The position numbers were made by a program, and so were the translations under genes. Of a stretch of DNA of 64,000 nt, positions 30,491-39,470 are shown piece after piece. The notes beneath the pieces were generated by a model. It saw only the letters and a list, made by a program, of their open reading frames with translations, did not search any database and was not told where the DNA came from. Location: positions 3,760 to 67,759 of the forward strand of contig CAYUQY010000004.1 of the NCBI GenBank assembly GCA_964447075.1, given 5' to 3'. The stretch comes from an uncultured Pseudomonadales bacterium. Its GTDB lineage: Bacteria; Patescibacteriota; Microgenomatia; UBA1400; PJMF01. Every line of letters starts with the position of its first letter. The stretch's first letter is position 1.

Positions 30491-32169
30491 GGTGTTTTAA
30501 CAATTACAAATCTGATTTTACCGTCGCTGCCATAGATCAACTTGTCTGCTAGTTTTGGCTCAATTTCATCTGGAGTAGCCAATATCAAAGTTTTTTTTGA
30601 GGATAAATCACCTATGTTGATGTGGTCTGGAAATTGATACTTTATCAAAGCTCCACCGCGGTACCAAATAGGGTCTGTGTGTCTCACAAATAGGGTGTAG
30701 ATGTATGGCTGGCCATACACTGAAGTAATCAGTACTTTGTCTACTTCTTCTTCATGAGCCACTGCATACTCCATGGCTTCTAGATATCCATCCTGATAAT
30801 CAGCCGCACTCGCAGTAGCAAAGGCTGTAAAGTAGTGATGGGAGTAGCTCAAAACAAAAAAGGAGTGCAGCAGCACTCCAGTTCCGACCAGGACTCTAGC
30901 TATAAGGATTGAGTCAACCTTATTTTTACTAGAAAAGAAAACTCGCCCAGAGCTCACTAGCTTACTCATACAAATGTAAAAACCTAGGACACTCAAGCCT
31001 ATCCAACCTGGAAGAGCTAGAAGAGCTCGATTGCTGTGAGGTACATCTCTACCTATAATGGCAGGTAGAAAACCTATCACCACCCAAGCAAGAAAGAAGA
31101 TTAAAAGCTTCATGTACGGCTCTTTTCTTACTCTTGAACTAAAGGCGGCTCGCAAGATTGTGACTAAACTAGCTACTCCCAAGACAAACTCTGTAGGGAA
31201 TAACACTCCCCACATGCCATCTCCATGTCTTAGATTAGTTGTAACTCCTCCCACCAAGAAATCAGGATTCAAATGAGCTACTGTTCGCTCCAGGAGCATG
31301 ATTGAAGTAGTCACTGGATCGAGGTTAAGTCCGAAAACACTGCTCTGTAAAAATCTCTCCGAGCCGCTCCCAAAAAATGAGTCTTTGATCATTGGTAGTA
31401 GCAGTATGGTAGATATCACCAAAACTTGAAAAAGTATTATCTTGCGACTTTTCCAAAGCGGCCAAAAGCAAAGCACGAAACTAGTCATAACCAGGGGGAC
31501 AACAATTTTGGCTGAGTGGTAGCTGTACATCGAGCACACAAGTAGAACAGCTGCGCCAGCTACTTGAAGTAGCTGGTACTTAATTCCTAAGGCCTTAAAG
31601 AAAGTTCTCTGCAAGAGTAAGTCAGACATCAGCCAAGTTCCTAAAATAAGCAGTGTTAAGCTCAGTCCGCTCTCAAATGCAGTTCGTGAAAAATGAACAT
31701 GCCAAGGTGAAAAAGAGATCATGGCCAAGCCTAAAGTAGATAACCAGGTCACATATTTTGGCTCTAGTTTCAGATAAGGCTCAGAAAGCAAAGATTTTAA
31801 AACTGCGCCTATAGCTACTACAGCAGCTACTCCACTTAGAGCAAAAGGTAGTCTGACTGCAAAAGAGTTGAGACCAAACAAAAAAGTAAAGAAGCTATTA
31901 AGGTAAATAGCAAATGGAGCTTTGAAGTCTCCAAATGAGCGGAAAGAAAAAGGAAGTCTAGCTAACCACTCATCTCTGCGTGTCTGCCAAATTCCATAGC
32001 CATTGTATCCAATCGCCACCTCATCCCATGCCATGCCGTGAGGAACTTCTCCCAACTTAAAAAATCTAAAAATTGTGGCAGCTAGTAGCAACAAAGTAAG
32101 AAGTAATACTACCGGCTTTGAAAACCAGAACTGAATTTTTTTGATGATTTGGGCTGTATTACCTGACAT
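30487..32169 (-). CDS. ArnT/PMT-like membrane glycosyltransferase resembling the GT-C fold, subfamily A
   Basis: 560 aa. The first loop is MAWDEVAIGYNGYGIWQTRRDEW. A 4-bp ATGA overlap with the downstream paralogue is seen. Confidence 0.6.
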   Translation of the reverse strand: MSGNTAQIIKKIQFWFSKPVVLLLTLLLLAATIFRFFKLGEVPHGMAWDEVAIGYNGYGIWQTRRDEWLARLPFSFRSFGDFKAPFAIYLNSFFTFLFGLNSFAVRLPFALSGVAAVVAIGAVLKSLLSEPYLKLEPKYVTWLSTLGLAMISFSPWHVHFSRTAFESGLSLTLLILGTWLMSDLLLQRTFFKALGIKYQLLQVAGAAVLLVCSMYSYHSAKIVVPLVMTSFVLCFWPLWKSRKIILFQVLVISTILLLPMIKDSFFGSGSERFLQSSVFGLNLDPVTTSIMLLERTVAHLNPDFLVGGVTTNLRHGDGMWGVLFPTEFVLGVASLVTILRAAFSSRVRKEPYMKLLIFFLAWVVIGFLPAIIGRDVPHSNRALLALPGWIGLSVLGFYICMSKLVSSGRVFFSSKNKVDSILIARVLVGTGVLLHSFFVLSYSHHYFTAFATASAADYQDGYLEAMEYAVAHEEEVDKVLITSVYGQPYIYTLFVRHTDPIWYRGGALIKYQFPDHINIGDLSSKKTLILATPDEIEPKLADKLIYGSDGKIRFVIVKTP

Positions 32170-32195
32170 AGTCTCTCCAAAAATACGCGATTATT

Positions 32196-33062
32196 CTAAG
32201 TTGTAGAGCCTCTAGAGCTCCTGAGTCTTTTCCAACACCAGTATGGTGTCCAAAAAATAAATGCTAGTTTCTGCCATGCGTCAGCGTTCTTCCAAGAAAA
32301 GTAGCGACTGTTACGCCAGCTAACTTGCTCCATATTTTGTTTACCTAATATAGTCTTGTTAGTGCTCTCATGCTGATGAACTACTGTAGCTTTTTCATCA
32401 AACTGTACTTTCCAACCCCTAGCTCGAGCTCTAAATGAAAGATCAACATCTTCCCAGTAGGCAGGCGAAAAGGCTTCATCAAAACCACCTAACTCTAAAA
32501 ATTTGTCACGATCAAAAAGGCCACTCCCACCACTTACCCAGGCAGTCAAACCAGACTTATAACTCTCTGCACGTGAGTGGTGAAACATGCCTCTCTCAAA
32601 CCAGAGTCTGTTGCGTCCACCCAACTTTCCTTCATCCTCAAGCTCCAGACAGCCAACACCAAATACTTTGGAGTCGTCAAAGTGTTTACTCAATACATCC
32701 AAAACATCTGACTCTGGAGAAACGTCGTTGTTGATCAAAAAGACTAATGGATTTTTGGCCAGTCTGACTCCACGATTGCAGCTCACCGCAAAACGCAAAT
32801 TTTTGTCATTGATCACTAGGGTCAGCTTCACATTCTTGGCCGCCATAAGTGTGGGAGAAATGGAGCTGCTACTCCAGCTCCCAAGTGTATCTTTGGAGAG
32901 TGAAAAAGTATCGACTAGCCAGGTCACAGAATCATCATTGCTACAGTCATCAAGTATCAAAATCTCATCACCGCTGCGTAAACAAGCTAGCAAAGATGTT
33001 AAATTTTTCTTGAGAAGGTCAAGTCCATTGTAGGTGGGAACGATAACTGAAACGTGAAGCAT
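32196..33062 (-). CDS. Family 2 glycosyltransferase
   Basis: VSVIVPTYNGLDLLKKNLTSLLAC, ILILDDCSNDDS, INNDVSPE and YWEDVDLSFR. Confidence 0.8.
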   Translation of the reverse strand: MLHVSVIVPTYNGLDLLKKNLTSLLACLRSGDEILILDDCSNDDSVTWLVDTFSLSKDTLGSWSSSSISPTLMAAKNVKLTLVINDKNLRFAVSCNRGVRLAKNPLVFLINNDVSPESDVLDVLSKHFDDSKVFGVGCLELEDEGKLGGRNRLWFERGMFHHSRAESYKSGLTAWVSGGSGLFDRDKFLELGGFDEAFSPAYWEDVDLSFRARARGWKVQFDEKATVVHQHESTNKTILGKQNMEQVSWRNSRYFSWKNADAWQKLAFIFWTPYWCWKRLRSSRGSTT

Positions 33063-33152
33063 ATTTAGTTTTTTACTTGGATTTGTAGTGGCATCACTAG
33101 TAATTTTATATCAAGAACATTGTTTCTTTACGGGCGGAAACTTGCCCAAACA

Positions 33153-34310
33153 TCAACCATCTATCATTTTTTTCAAAGTGGATCTAAATCTAGCTGGACT
33201 GTAAGACTGCGAACAGGATATCAATGATTGGCGCAGCTGGCTCACCTCTTTGATTACTTCACTATCCACTGAACTCAATTTACTCATCCACTCCAGAGTT
33301 TTTTCTCGGCACTGCGAGCTGGTTTGCCAGGTTAGACTCTCAAAATTGCTTAGGATTTCTTTCTGGCCACCTTTACCTACGACGATAGGAACACAGCCAT
33401 GAGCCATAGCCTCAACTGTACTAATCCCAAAGTGCTCAATCTTTTCTGGGTGAGCTGCTTCGTCCTCACCATACCCCGCAGCATGCCAATAGATACTAGC
33501 CTCATCATATAGCTTAGTCAGAGCTTGTTTATCTGCTTGGTGAACAAACTCTATCGGATATCCAGCTGCAGCCTCGTGCAAGGCCTTAACGTACTCATAG
33601 TCCTCCACACCCCCCACCAGAATTAGTTTCCAGCCAGTAACTGTACTGCTACCACGGTTAATCATGTCTCTAAAAATATTGATCAAAATATCCTGCTTCT
33701 TAGCATGTAGTTGGCGAAAGAAGCGGCCTACTGTAAGAATTGATTTCTTTTTCTTAAGTAGTATTTCCTTATCTGCATTTTTTTCATTAATCATCGGGTA
33801 GTGGACAAAACCAATTGAAGTTTTCCAGCTCTTTTCTACAATTTTTTGAGTAAAAATGGAGTTGGCATTTTTGCAGCACCAGTTGAGAAGTTTTAATCTA
33901 TTAAGTAAGCCTTGTTGGGGTGATGTAAAAGGTACTTGAATATGAAGAATATTTTTTTTAGCTAGACTTAAAAAAAGACTCCCGTCGGTAACTGCATACA
34001 TCAAGTCAAACTGCTTTGTCCACCAGAGTTTTTTCCACTTATCCTCTGATCCAATCGGTGTTTTAATAAAAACAATGTCCTTCAACGAAATTTCAAAAAA
34101 CTTCTCGTAGTTGCTGGCAATCTGGGCGTAGATCGCCTCATCACTCTGCAACTCTTTATGCTCTAGGCGATAGAGAGAAAGCGTTCTGTTGCTTATGGCT
34201 ACGTTGACAGAGTGACCAAGCTCTCTCAAGCTTACTGCCACATCAAAAAAATACTTTTCTCCACCACCAAAGTGTTTTGGAACATAGGGTGAGTAAAGGC
34301 AGATTTTCAT
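33153..34310 (-). CDS. Family 4 glycosyltransferase (GT-B)
   Basis: N-terminus MKICLYSPYVPKHFGGGEKY and C-domain EHFGISTVEAMAHGCVPIVVGKGGQKEIL. Confidence 0.8.
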   Translation of the reverse strand: MKICLYSPYVPKHFGGGEKYFFDVAVSLRELGHSVNVAISNRTLSLYRLEHKELQSDEAIYAQIASNYEKFFEISLKDIVFIKTPIGSEDKWKKLWWTKQFDLMYAVTDGSLFLSLAKKNILHIQVPFTSPQQGLLNRLKLLNWCCKNANSIFTQKIVEKSWKTSIGFVHYPMINEKNADKEILLKKKKSILTVGRFFRQLHAKKQDILINIFRDMINRGSSTVTGWKLILVGGVEDYEYVKALHEAAAGYPIEFVHQADKQALTKLYDEASIYWHAAGYGEDEAAHPEKIEHFGISTVEAMAHGCVPIVVGKGGQKEILSNFESLTWQTSSQCREKTLEWMSKLSSVDSEVIKEVSQLRQSLISCSQSYSPARFRSTLKKMIDG

Positions 34311-34331
34311 AATTTGTTAGCTATTTTTTCA

Positions 34332-35090
34332 CTACTTTAAAATTACCAAGTAAAATCTATTCGTGCTTGAGCTCCACTTCTTGTGACCTACCAGAAACGG
34401 ATAAACTACTAAATTACAAGCTAAATAAAGGCTAATTTTGATGAAAAACCAGATGTGATTGAGAAGTGAGTTTGAGAACTGAGATATCTGCAGCTTCATG
34501 AAAAAGGCTGATAGCCTGTGGTCTCCAGCGTACCAGAGCTGACCTTGGAACTGCTTGCGCCACTTTTCAATCTCTCCTGTAGTAGGCAAGCCATTTTTAA
34601 TGTGCTCATTCAAGAACTCAACATCTACTCCTCGTTTTAGAAGCTCTTGTTTCAAGCTATGCTCGCCTCTAACATGCTCGCTTGTACCAAGCGGGGCAGA
34701 GCAGATTAGTCTTTTTTTGGAGACTCTAAGCATTTCTGTGACCAAAGCCAGCCTTTCGTCAACTCTCACATGCTCTAGAACATCGATGCAAAGAACTGTG
34801 TCAAATGATTGATCGGAGAAAGGTATATTTTTGCCGTCGTAAACTAAGTCCTTTTGACTTGGCTGGTGATGGTTGAAAATTTTAGAAGAGGCGCTGTCTA
34901 CATTGATCGTGAAGTACTCACTTGACTCAATCACAGACTCCAAAACTCTCTGCTCTCCACCCACATCTAGAACTTTGCCCTTGTCAGGAATCAATTTGCT
35001 AATAAATCTTTGGCGCTCATGAATGTCGGGAGGAAGACACCAAAATGCCTTAACCAGATAATGCTCAAAAGTACTCAAAGCCTTGATCAT
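34332..35090 (-). CDS. Probable SAM-dependent methyltransferase (Methyltransf_11/23-like)
   Basis: GKVLDVGGEQRV is a degenerate motif I. FDTVLCIDVLEHV and KKRLICSAP are class I post-I/II-like motifs. The call is weak. Confidence 0.45.
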   Translation of the reverse strand: MIKALSTFEHYLVKAFWCLPPDIHERQRFISKLIPDKGKVLDVGGEQRVLESVIESSEYFTINVDSASSKIFNHHQPSQKDLVYDGKNIPFSDQSFDTVLCIDVLEHVRVDERLALVTEMLRVSKKRLICSAPLGTSEHVRGEHSLKQELLKRGVDVEFLNEHIKNGLPTTGEIEKWRKQFQGQLWYAGDHRLSAFFMKLQISQFSNSLLNHIWFFIKISLYLACNLVVYPFLVGHKKWSSSTNRFYLVILK

Positions 35091-35905
35091 ATTTTGGCAT
35101 CTTTCCAGTCTTGGGCAACCTCTTTTTCTTTAGCTGAGTAGAGCTCCTCGAGGGTAGGTTTTTTCTGCAGCTCCCAGAGATTGATGTAGAGAAGTGTTTT
35201 ATTTATGGCCTGAACGACTGACTCTACAAATCCTTCTTGACCATCTTTATAGCCTTTCCAAAAAATATAGCGCCTTAAAAACTCCATCATGCCTTTGCGG
35301 ATGATGTCAAACAAGCTCACTTTTGCAGCAGAGTCCTCGTTCAAAAGTCGAGCTTCTATGGCTGTCCAGTCGATGGTTTTCCTCAAACCATCCATAGTGT
35401 TACGATGTGTCAGATGTAGTAAAGGAGTATGGAGAGTGACGGTTGCACCCACATCGACAGGACTCTCATGTATCTCTCCATGCCAACCTTTAAAAAATGA
35501 TTTTCTAAAGATACGCGTAACTGACTCATCTTGCCACCCACCATACTTGAAAAACTTACCATACATCATGTTCTGCCTTATCATTGTCAAAGCATTGTGA
35601 GGTGTTGTCTCGACATGAACCATGATCTCGCGAGCCAATGGTGGCAAAATACGCTCATCTGCGTCCACATAGAGAAGCCAGTCACAGCTAGCTCTATCAG
35701 CACCTTCTTGCCTAACTCTGGATAATGATGACGAATTTATCGAAAAAACCTTCGCACCATGGAGCTGGGCTAACTCGACAGTACGATCTGAAGAACCAGA
35801 GTCGATCACGACTACTTCATCACACCAAGCTAGAGTAGCCAAACAGTTGGCTATCATAAGCTCTTCATTGCGAGCTATGACAATGGCTGAAATACTTGAG
35901 TTCAT
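35087..35905 (-). CDS. Family 2 glycosyltransferase
   Basis: ISAIVIARNEELMIANCLATL, VVVIDSGSSDRT and YVDADERI. Confidence 0.8.
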   Translation of the reverse strand: MNSSISAIVIARNEELMIANCLATLAWCDEVVVIDSGSSDRTVELAQLHGAKVFSINSSSLSRVRQEGADRASCDWLLYVDADERILPPLAREIMVHVETTPHNALTMIRQNMMYGKFFKYGGWQDESVTRIFRKSFFKGWHGEIHESPVDVGATVTLHTPLLHLTHRNTMDGLRKTIDWTAIEARLLNEDSAAKVSLFDIIRKGMMEFLRRYIFWKGYKDGQEGFVESVVQAINKTLLYINLWELQKKPTLEELYSAKEKEVAQDWKDAKI

Positions 35906-36813
35906 ATTTGTTGCTTGCCCATTCTACCTAAAATAAAGTCAACTGTAGCCTGCCTCTCTATGTGTGTACCTTGAACTAAGAATCTAAGACTAAGCTTGAA
36001 GGCTGTCAATCTCACTCTATTGGTGCCAAATTTAAACGAAAAGTAAAGCCTATTTCTGGTCTGGTAGTACTGGTGAGTTCTAGAGCCAACTCCTCCTGTA
36101 GAGCCTGCATTCTTGTGCCAAATTCTAGAGAATGGATCCAACAAAACCTCGTACCCTGCTCTAGAAATTTTGAGACTAAGTGCCACATCCTCAAAGTAGA
36201 GAAAGTACTTCTCATCAAACCCACCGACTCTCTGGATGACTTTACTGGGTATAAGCATACAACAGCCAGTAGCAAAGTCGCACTCTTGAACCTCATCGAA
36301 CTGCCCAGTGTCTACCTCATCCACTCCTCTGTGAAAACCAAGCAAGTTTAGCCAGTCCATACTGCCACCTGCATACCAAAGTACTTGCCCCCTACTGTCT
36401 TTGGAGTAACTTTTTTTAAAGTACTCACAGCCCTTAGCAAAGTATATCTTTGGCGAGATCACACCAGCTCTAGGGTGAGCTAGGGCACACTCCACTAGAT
36501 TCTCGACGGAGCTGGGTTCAACTAGAGTATCGCTATTCAGCAGGAGTAAGTAATCTGGCTGAAAAGTGCTAAGAGCATACTTAATACCTAAGTTGTTACC
36601 TGCTGTAAAACCTAAATTTGCGTCTGAGCGAATTACTTCTGTTCTGCGAGGGGAGTTCACTCCATGACTAAAAATTTCTTTTGAGCCGTTGTCGACAACT
36701 ACTACCGATAACTTGATTTTCTTTGTCTCCGCTAAGCTGAGAGAACGTAAACACTCTCTGGTTTCTTTCTCACTGTTGTAGTGGACAATAATCACAGATA
36801 CTGATTGGGACAT
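35902..36813 (-). CDS. Family 2 glycosyltransferase (rhamnosyltransferase-like)
   Basis: VSVIIVHYNSEKETRECLRSL, VVVDNGSKE, LLLNSDTLV and DFATGCCMLIPSKV. Confidence 0.8.
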   Translation of the reverse strand: MSQSVSVIIVHYNSEKETRECLRSLSLAETKKIKLSVVVVDNGSKEIFSHGVNSPRRTEVIRSDANLGFTAGNNLGIKYALSTFQPDYLLLLNSDTLVEPSSVENLVECALAHPRAGVISPKIYFAKGCEYFKKSYSKDSRGQVLWYAGGSMDWLNLLGFHRGVDEVDTGQFDEVQECDFATGCCMLIPSKVIQRVGGFDEKYFLYFEDVALSLKISRAGYEVLLDPFSRIWHKNAGSTGGVGSRTHQYYQTRNRLYFSFKFGTNRVRLTAFKLSLRFLVQGTHIERQATVDFILGRMGKQQI

Positions 36814-36840
36814 ACATGGGCTATTGTAGCTTAAAAGAGC

Positions 36841-37776
36841 CTAAATAAGCAGCTTGCGCCTCAAGCGCCAATAAAGCTGCGTTACTCCTGAGGTACGAGC
36901 TGCGTGCCAATCTGCAATCCAGTAGTTGAGCTCCCTCTGGAAGGATCGCAAACTGCCTATCATCTGCAGCTGAGATGAACTATGACTTCCTGAAAAATCT
37001 GCTTTTTCCCATCGTTTGAGCAGGCTCACAGACTGATACATGCTCTGCAGTAGAGACAGTCCTGCTCCATGCATGCCATCTTGAATTCCTGAAAGTGCAA
37101 AAAATCTTCTCAAAAAATCAGAGTAAAAGGCAGTGAGTAAATGCTCAGGCGTCAACTCTGTATCTGTTTTTTTTCTGCGCTCATCACTGTGACTTGCTTC
37201 GATCGAGGTGTAACGATTTAGTCTCTCTACAAACTGCGAAATTGTCTGATAGTTGTGATGCAGAATCGCTAAAGACTCACTCTCTGGCAGGTCAGCAACT
37301 TCACCGCTCACTTCCGGTATCGAGTGAATACTGTCTTGCCACTTGACACTGCCACGTCTAAATAAACGAAGCTGGTAGTCTGGCCACCAGCCAGTGTGTT
37401 TGAGCCACTTACCAAAAACCAGGTTACATCTTGCGACTCTGTAAGCTACGACTTCTAACTGCAAAGCACTGTCTTGTTTTACAACTTCGGCAATTTTTTG
37501 TGATAGTGCTTGAGGCAGCTCTTCGTCAGCATCCAAGACAAGTATCCACTCTCCGATAGCCTTGGAGATAGCGATGTTTCGCGCAGGCTCGACATAGTTG
37601 TAGTCCTTATCCAGAGAAAAAACTTTGCAGCCCAATCCACGTGCTATATCCAGAGTCTCATCACTGCTCATCATATCAACTACAATCACTTCATCACTTA
37701 TGCTCTGAATACTCTGCACTGCTCTGGCGAGAGTGCTAGCCGCATTTTTGGTGTTGATAATGACTGAGAGTGACAT
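36841..37776 (-). CDS. Family 2 glycosyltransferase
   Basis: LSVIINTKNAASTLARAV, VIVVDMMSSDET and VLDADEE. Confidence 0.8.
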   Translation of the reverse strand: MSLSVIINTKNAASTLARAVQSIQSISDEVIVVDMMSSDETLDIARGLGCKVFSLDKDYNYVEPARNIAISKAIGEWILVLDADEELPQALSQKIAEVVKQDSALQLEVVAYRVARCNLVFGKWLKHTGWWPDYQLRLFRRGSVKWQDSIHSIPEVSGEVADLPESESLAILHHNYQTISQFVERLNRYTSIEASHSDERRKKTDTELTPEHLLTAFYSDFLRRFFALSGIQDGMHGAGLSLLQSMYQSVSLLKRWEKADFSGSHSSSQLQMIGSLRSFQRELNYWIADWHAARTSGVTQLYWRLRRKLLI

Positions 37777-37801
37777 ATCTTTTAGATTACTTTAGTTTAC
37801 T

Positions 37802-39433
37802 CTAGTGTTTGGCCACCTTCAAACTCGATATTTCAAACAGCAATTTTTGTTTGCCAGTAATCAAGATTGAGAGTAAGTAAGTTAGACCAGTAAAAAAGAT
37901 TCCAGAGAAATACCAACTCCAGCTGAGACTCCACAACTCCAAACCCAGCACAGCCACACAGGCCATAGCCACTGCAGAAAGAAGTTGTCTCCAGACATTC
38001 TCCCAAACTTTAATAGGAACTATTTTTTTGAAACTCCAGATGGGCAGAATAGAAGTAAATGAAATAATGATAGCTGCCCAGGCTACTCCATTGAAGCCTA
38101 ACCACCACATGAGAGGGATGGTCAGAACCCAAGTCAGAGCTGTCCAAAAAACCATCAACTTCAGAGTAGTGTTTATCTCTCCTATAGCATTGAGCGCATT
38201 CATGAGTGGACTGGATACTGCTCCCCAACCTATGCTGAGGGTGAATAAAACCAAGGAAAGCAAGGCTGGCTGCCACTTTAGATATCTCGGCTCAAGAATC
38301 GTGAGAGGTGCCATGAAAACAGACATCCCAACTACTATCGGAAAGATAATTAAAGTTATAAAGAACAGTGACTTTTCGACTACAGAGCCTAAAAGTTTTT
38401 TATCGTGCTGAAGTCTGGAGAAGGTTGGAAAAGTAACAGCCATCACATTTTGGACAGTAAGATTATAAGGATACATAGACCAATTTTTGGCCCAAGTAAC
38501 ATAACCAAACTCGCGAAGAGGCAGGTAGTACCCCAGACATAAGTAAAAAAATTGATCTTTTAGTCGTGCTAGAAGATCGTTGAGTTGAAACTTGAAGCCA
38601 AACTTCATCAAGGTGCTCAGAGATGAACGATCCCAGGCAAAGTGAGGTCTCCACCACTCAATGTAAAACATAGCCAACACGCCACTTAGGGATCTCACCA
38701 AAGTAGCCAAGACGTATGACCACACTCCCCAACCAGTTACAACCATTCCAACTAAACAGACATTGAAGCTAAGTTGCTCTATTATTTGAGGCCAAACTAG
38801 CTTTTGAAAATCAAGTCGCCTCTCTAGCTTTAGTGAAGGTACAGTCTTTAAGCTAGCCAAGGGGAAAGCAAGTGCTAGAGCTAGAGCCAACCAGGTACCC
38901 ACCTCACCTGTCTTTTCAGCTATCAATCCCTCATGCCGGCTCCAGCTACAACTAGAAGGAAATAATTGAATCGCACAGCCTGCATATCTCAATAAATTGG
39001 ATCCCTGACTTGAGATCAGAAAAATGGTAATGCCTACTATTAACCAGGATAAAAGCTGTTGAACAGAAAAGGCTGTTGCATAGTCAGCTTCTGTAGGCTC
39101 GTCTTTTTTCTGAATTAGAGCTGCAGCCAAACCTATGTCAGAGAAGAAAACCAGCATACCCACTATCTGGGTCACAAAACCATAAATACCAAACTCTTCG
39201 GGACTTAGATACTTGCTAAGTAGTAAGCTAGCCACCAAACCAATTATTTGCAAGAAGATAGTACGACCAAAGTACGACATCGCTCCTGAGACGGACTTCT
39301 TTTTTACGCTTTCAAAGTTCAGAGCGTCAGCTACTAGTGAGGATGATTTTGGTAGAGACATACTGTAGAGACTTTTCAAATGGTACCAGATCTCGCTTAC
39401 AATTAGTTTTAAATTTAAATCAAAATTTAACAA
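37802..39433 (-). CDS. wzx: Wzx-type polysaccharide flippase (MOP superfamily, Polysacc_synt-like)
   Basis: FGRTIFLQIIGLVASLLLSKYLSPEEFGIYGFVTQIVGMLVFFSDIGLAAALIQKK is the characteristic PST-family N-terminal region. It has 12 or more TM helices. The first ~24-51 residues may be untranslated, with alternative ATGs at 39361 and 39280. Confidence 0.65.
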   Translation of the reverse strand: MLNFDLNLKLIVSEIWYHLKSLYSMSLPKSSSLVADALNFESVKKKSVSGAMSYFGRTIFLQIIGLVASLLLSKYLSPEEFGIYGFVTQIVGMLVFFSDIGLAAALIQKKDEPTEADYATAFSVQQLLSWLIVGITIFLISSQGSNLLRYAGCAIQLFPSSCSWSRHEGLIAEKTGEVGTWLALALALAFPLASLKTVPSLKLERRLDFQKLVWPQIIEQLSFNVCLVGMVVTGWGVWSYVLATLVRSLSGVLAMFYIEWWRPHFAWDRSSLSTLMKFGFKFQLNDLLARLKDQFFYLCLGYYLPLREFGYVTWAKNWSMYPYNLTVQNVMAVTFPTFSRLQHDKKLLGSVVEKSLFFITLIIFPIVVGMSVFMAPLTILEPRYLKWQPALLSLVLFTLSIGWGAVSSPLMNALNAIGEINTTLKLMVFWTALTWVLTIPLMWWLGFNGVAWAAIIISFTSILPIWSFKKIVPIKVWENVWRQLLSAVAMACVAVLGLELWSLSWSWYFSGIFFTGLTYLLSILITGKQKLLFEISSLKVAKH

Positions 39434-39470
39434 AAAAATGATTGATACTCGAAGTCAAAGTAACTTCTAA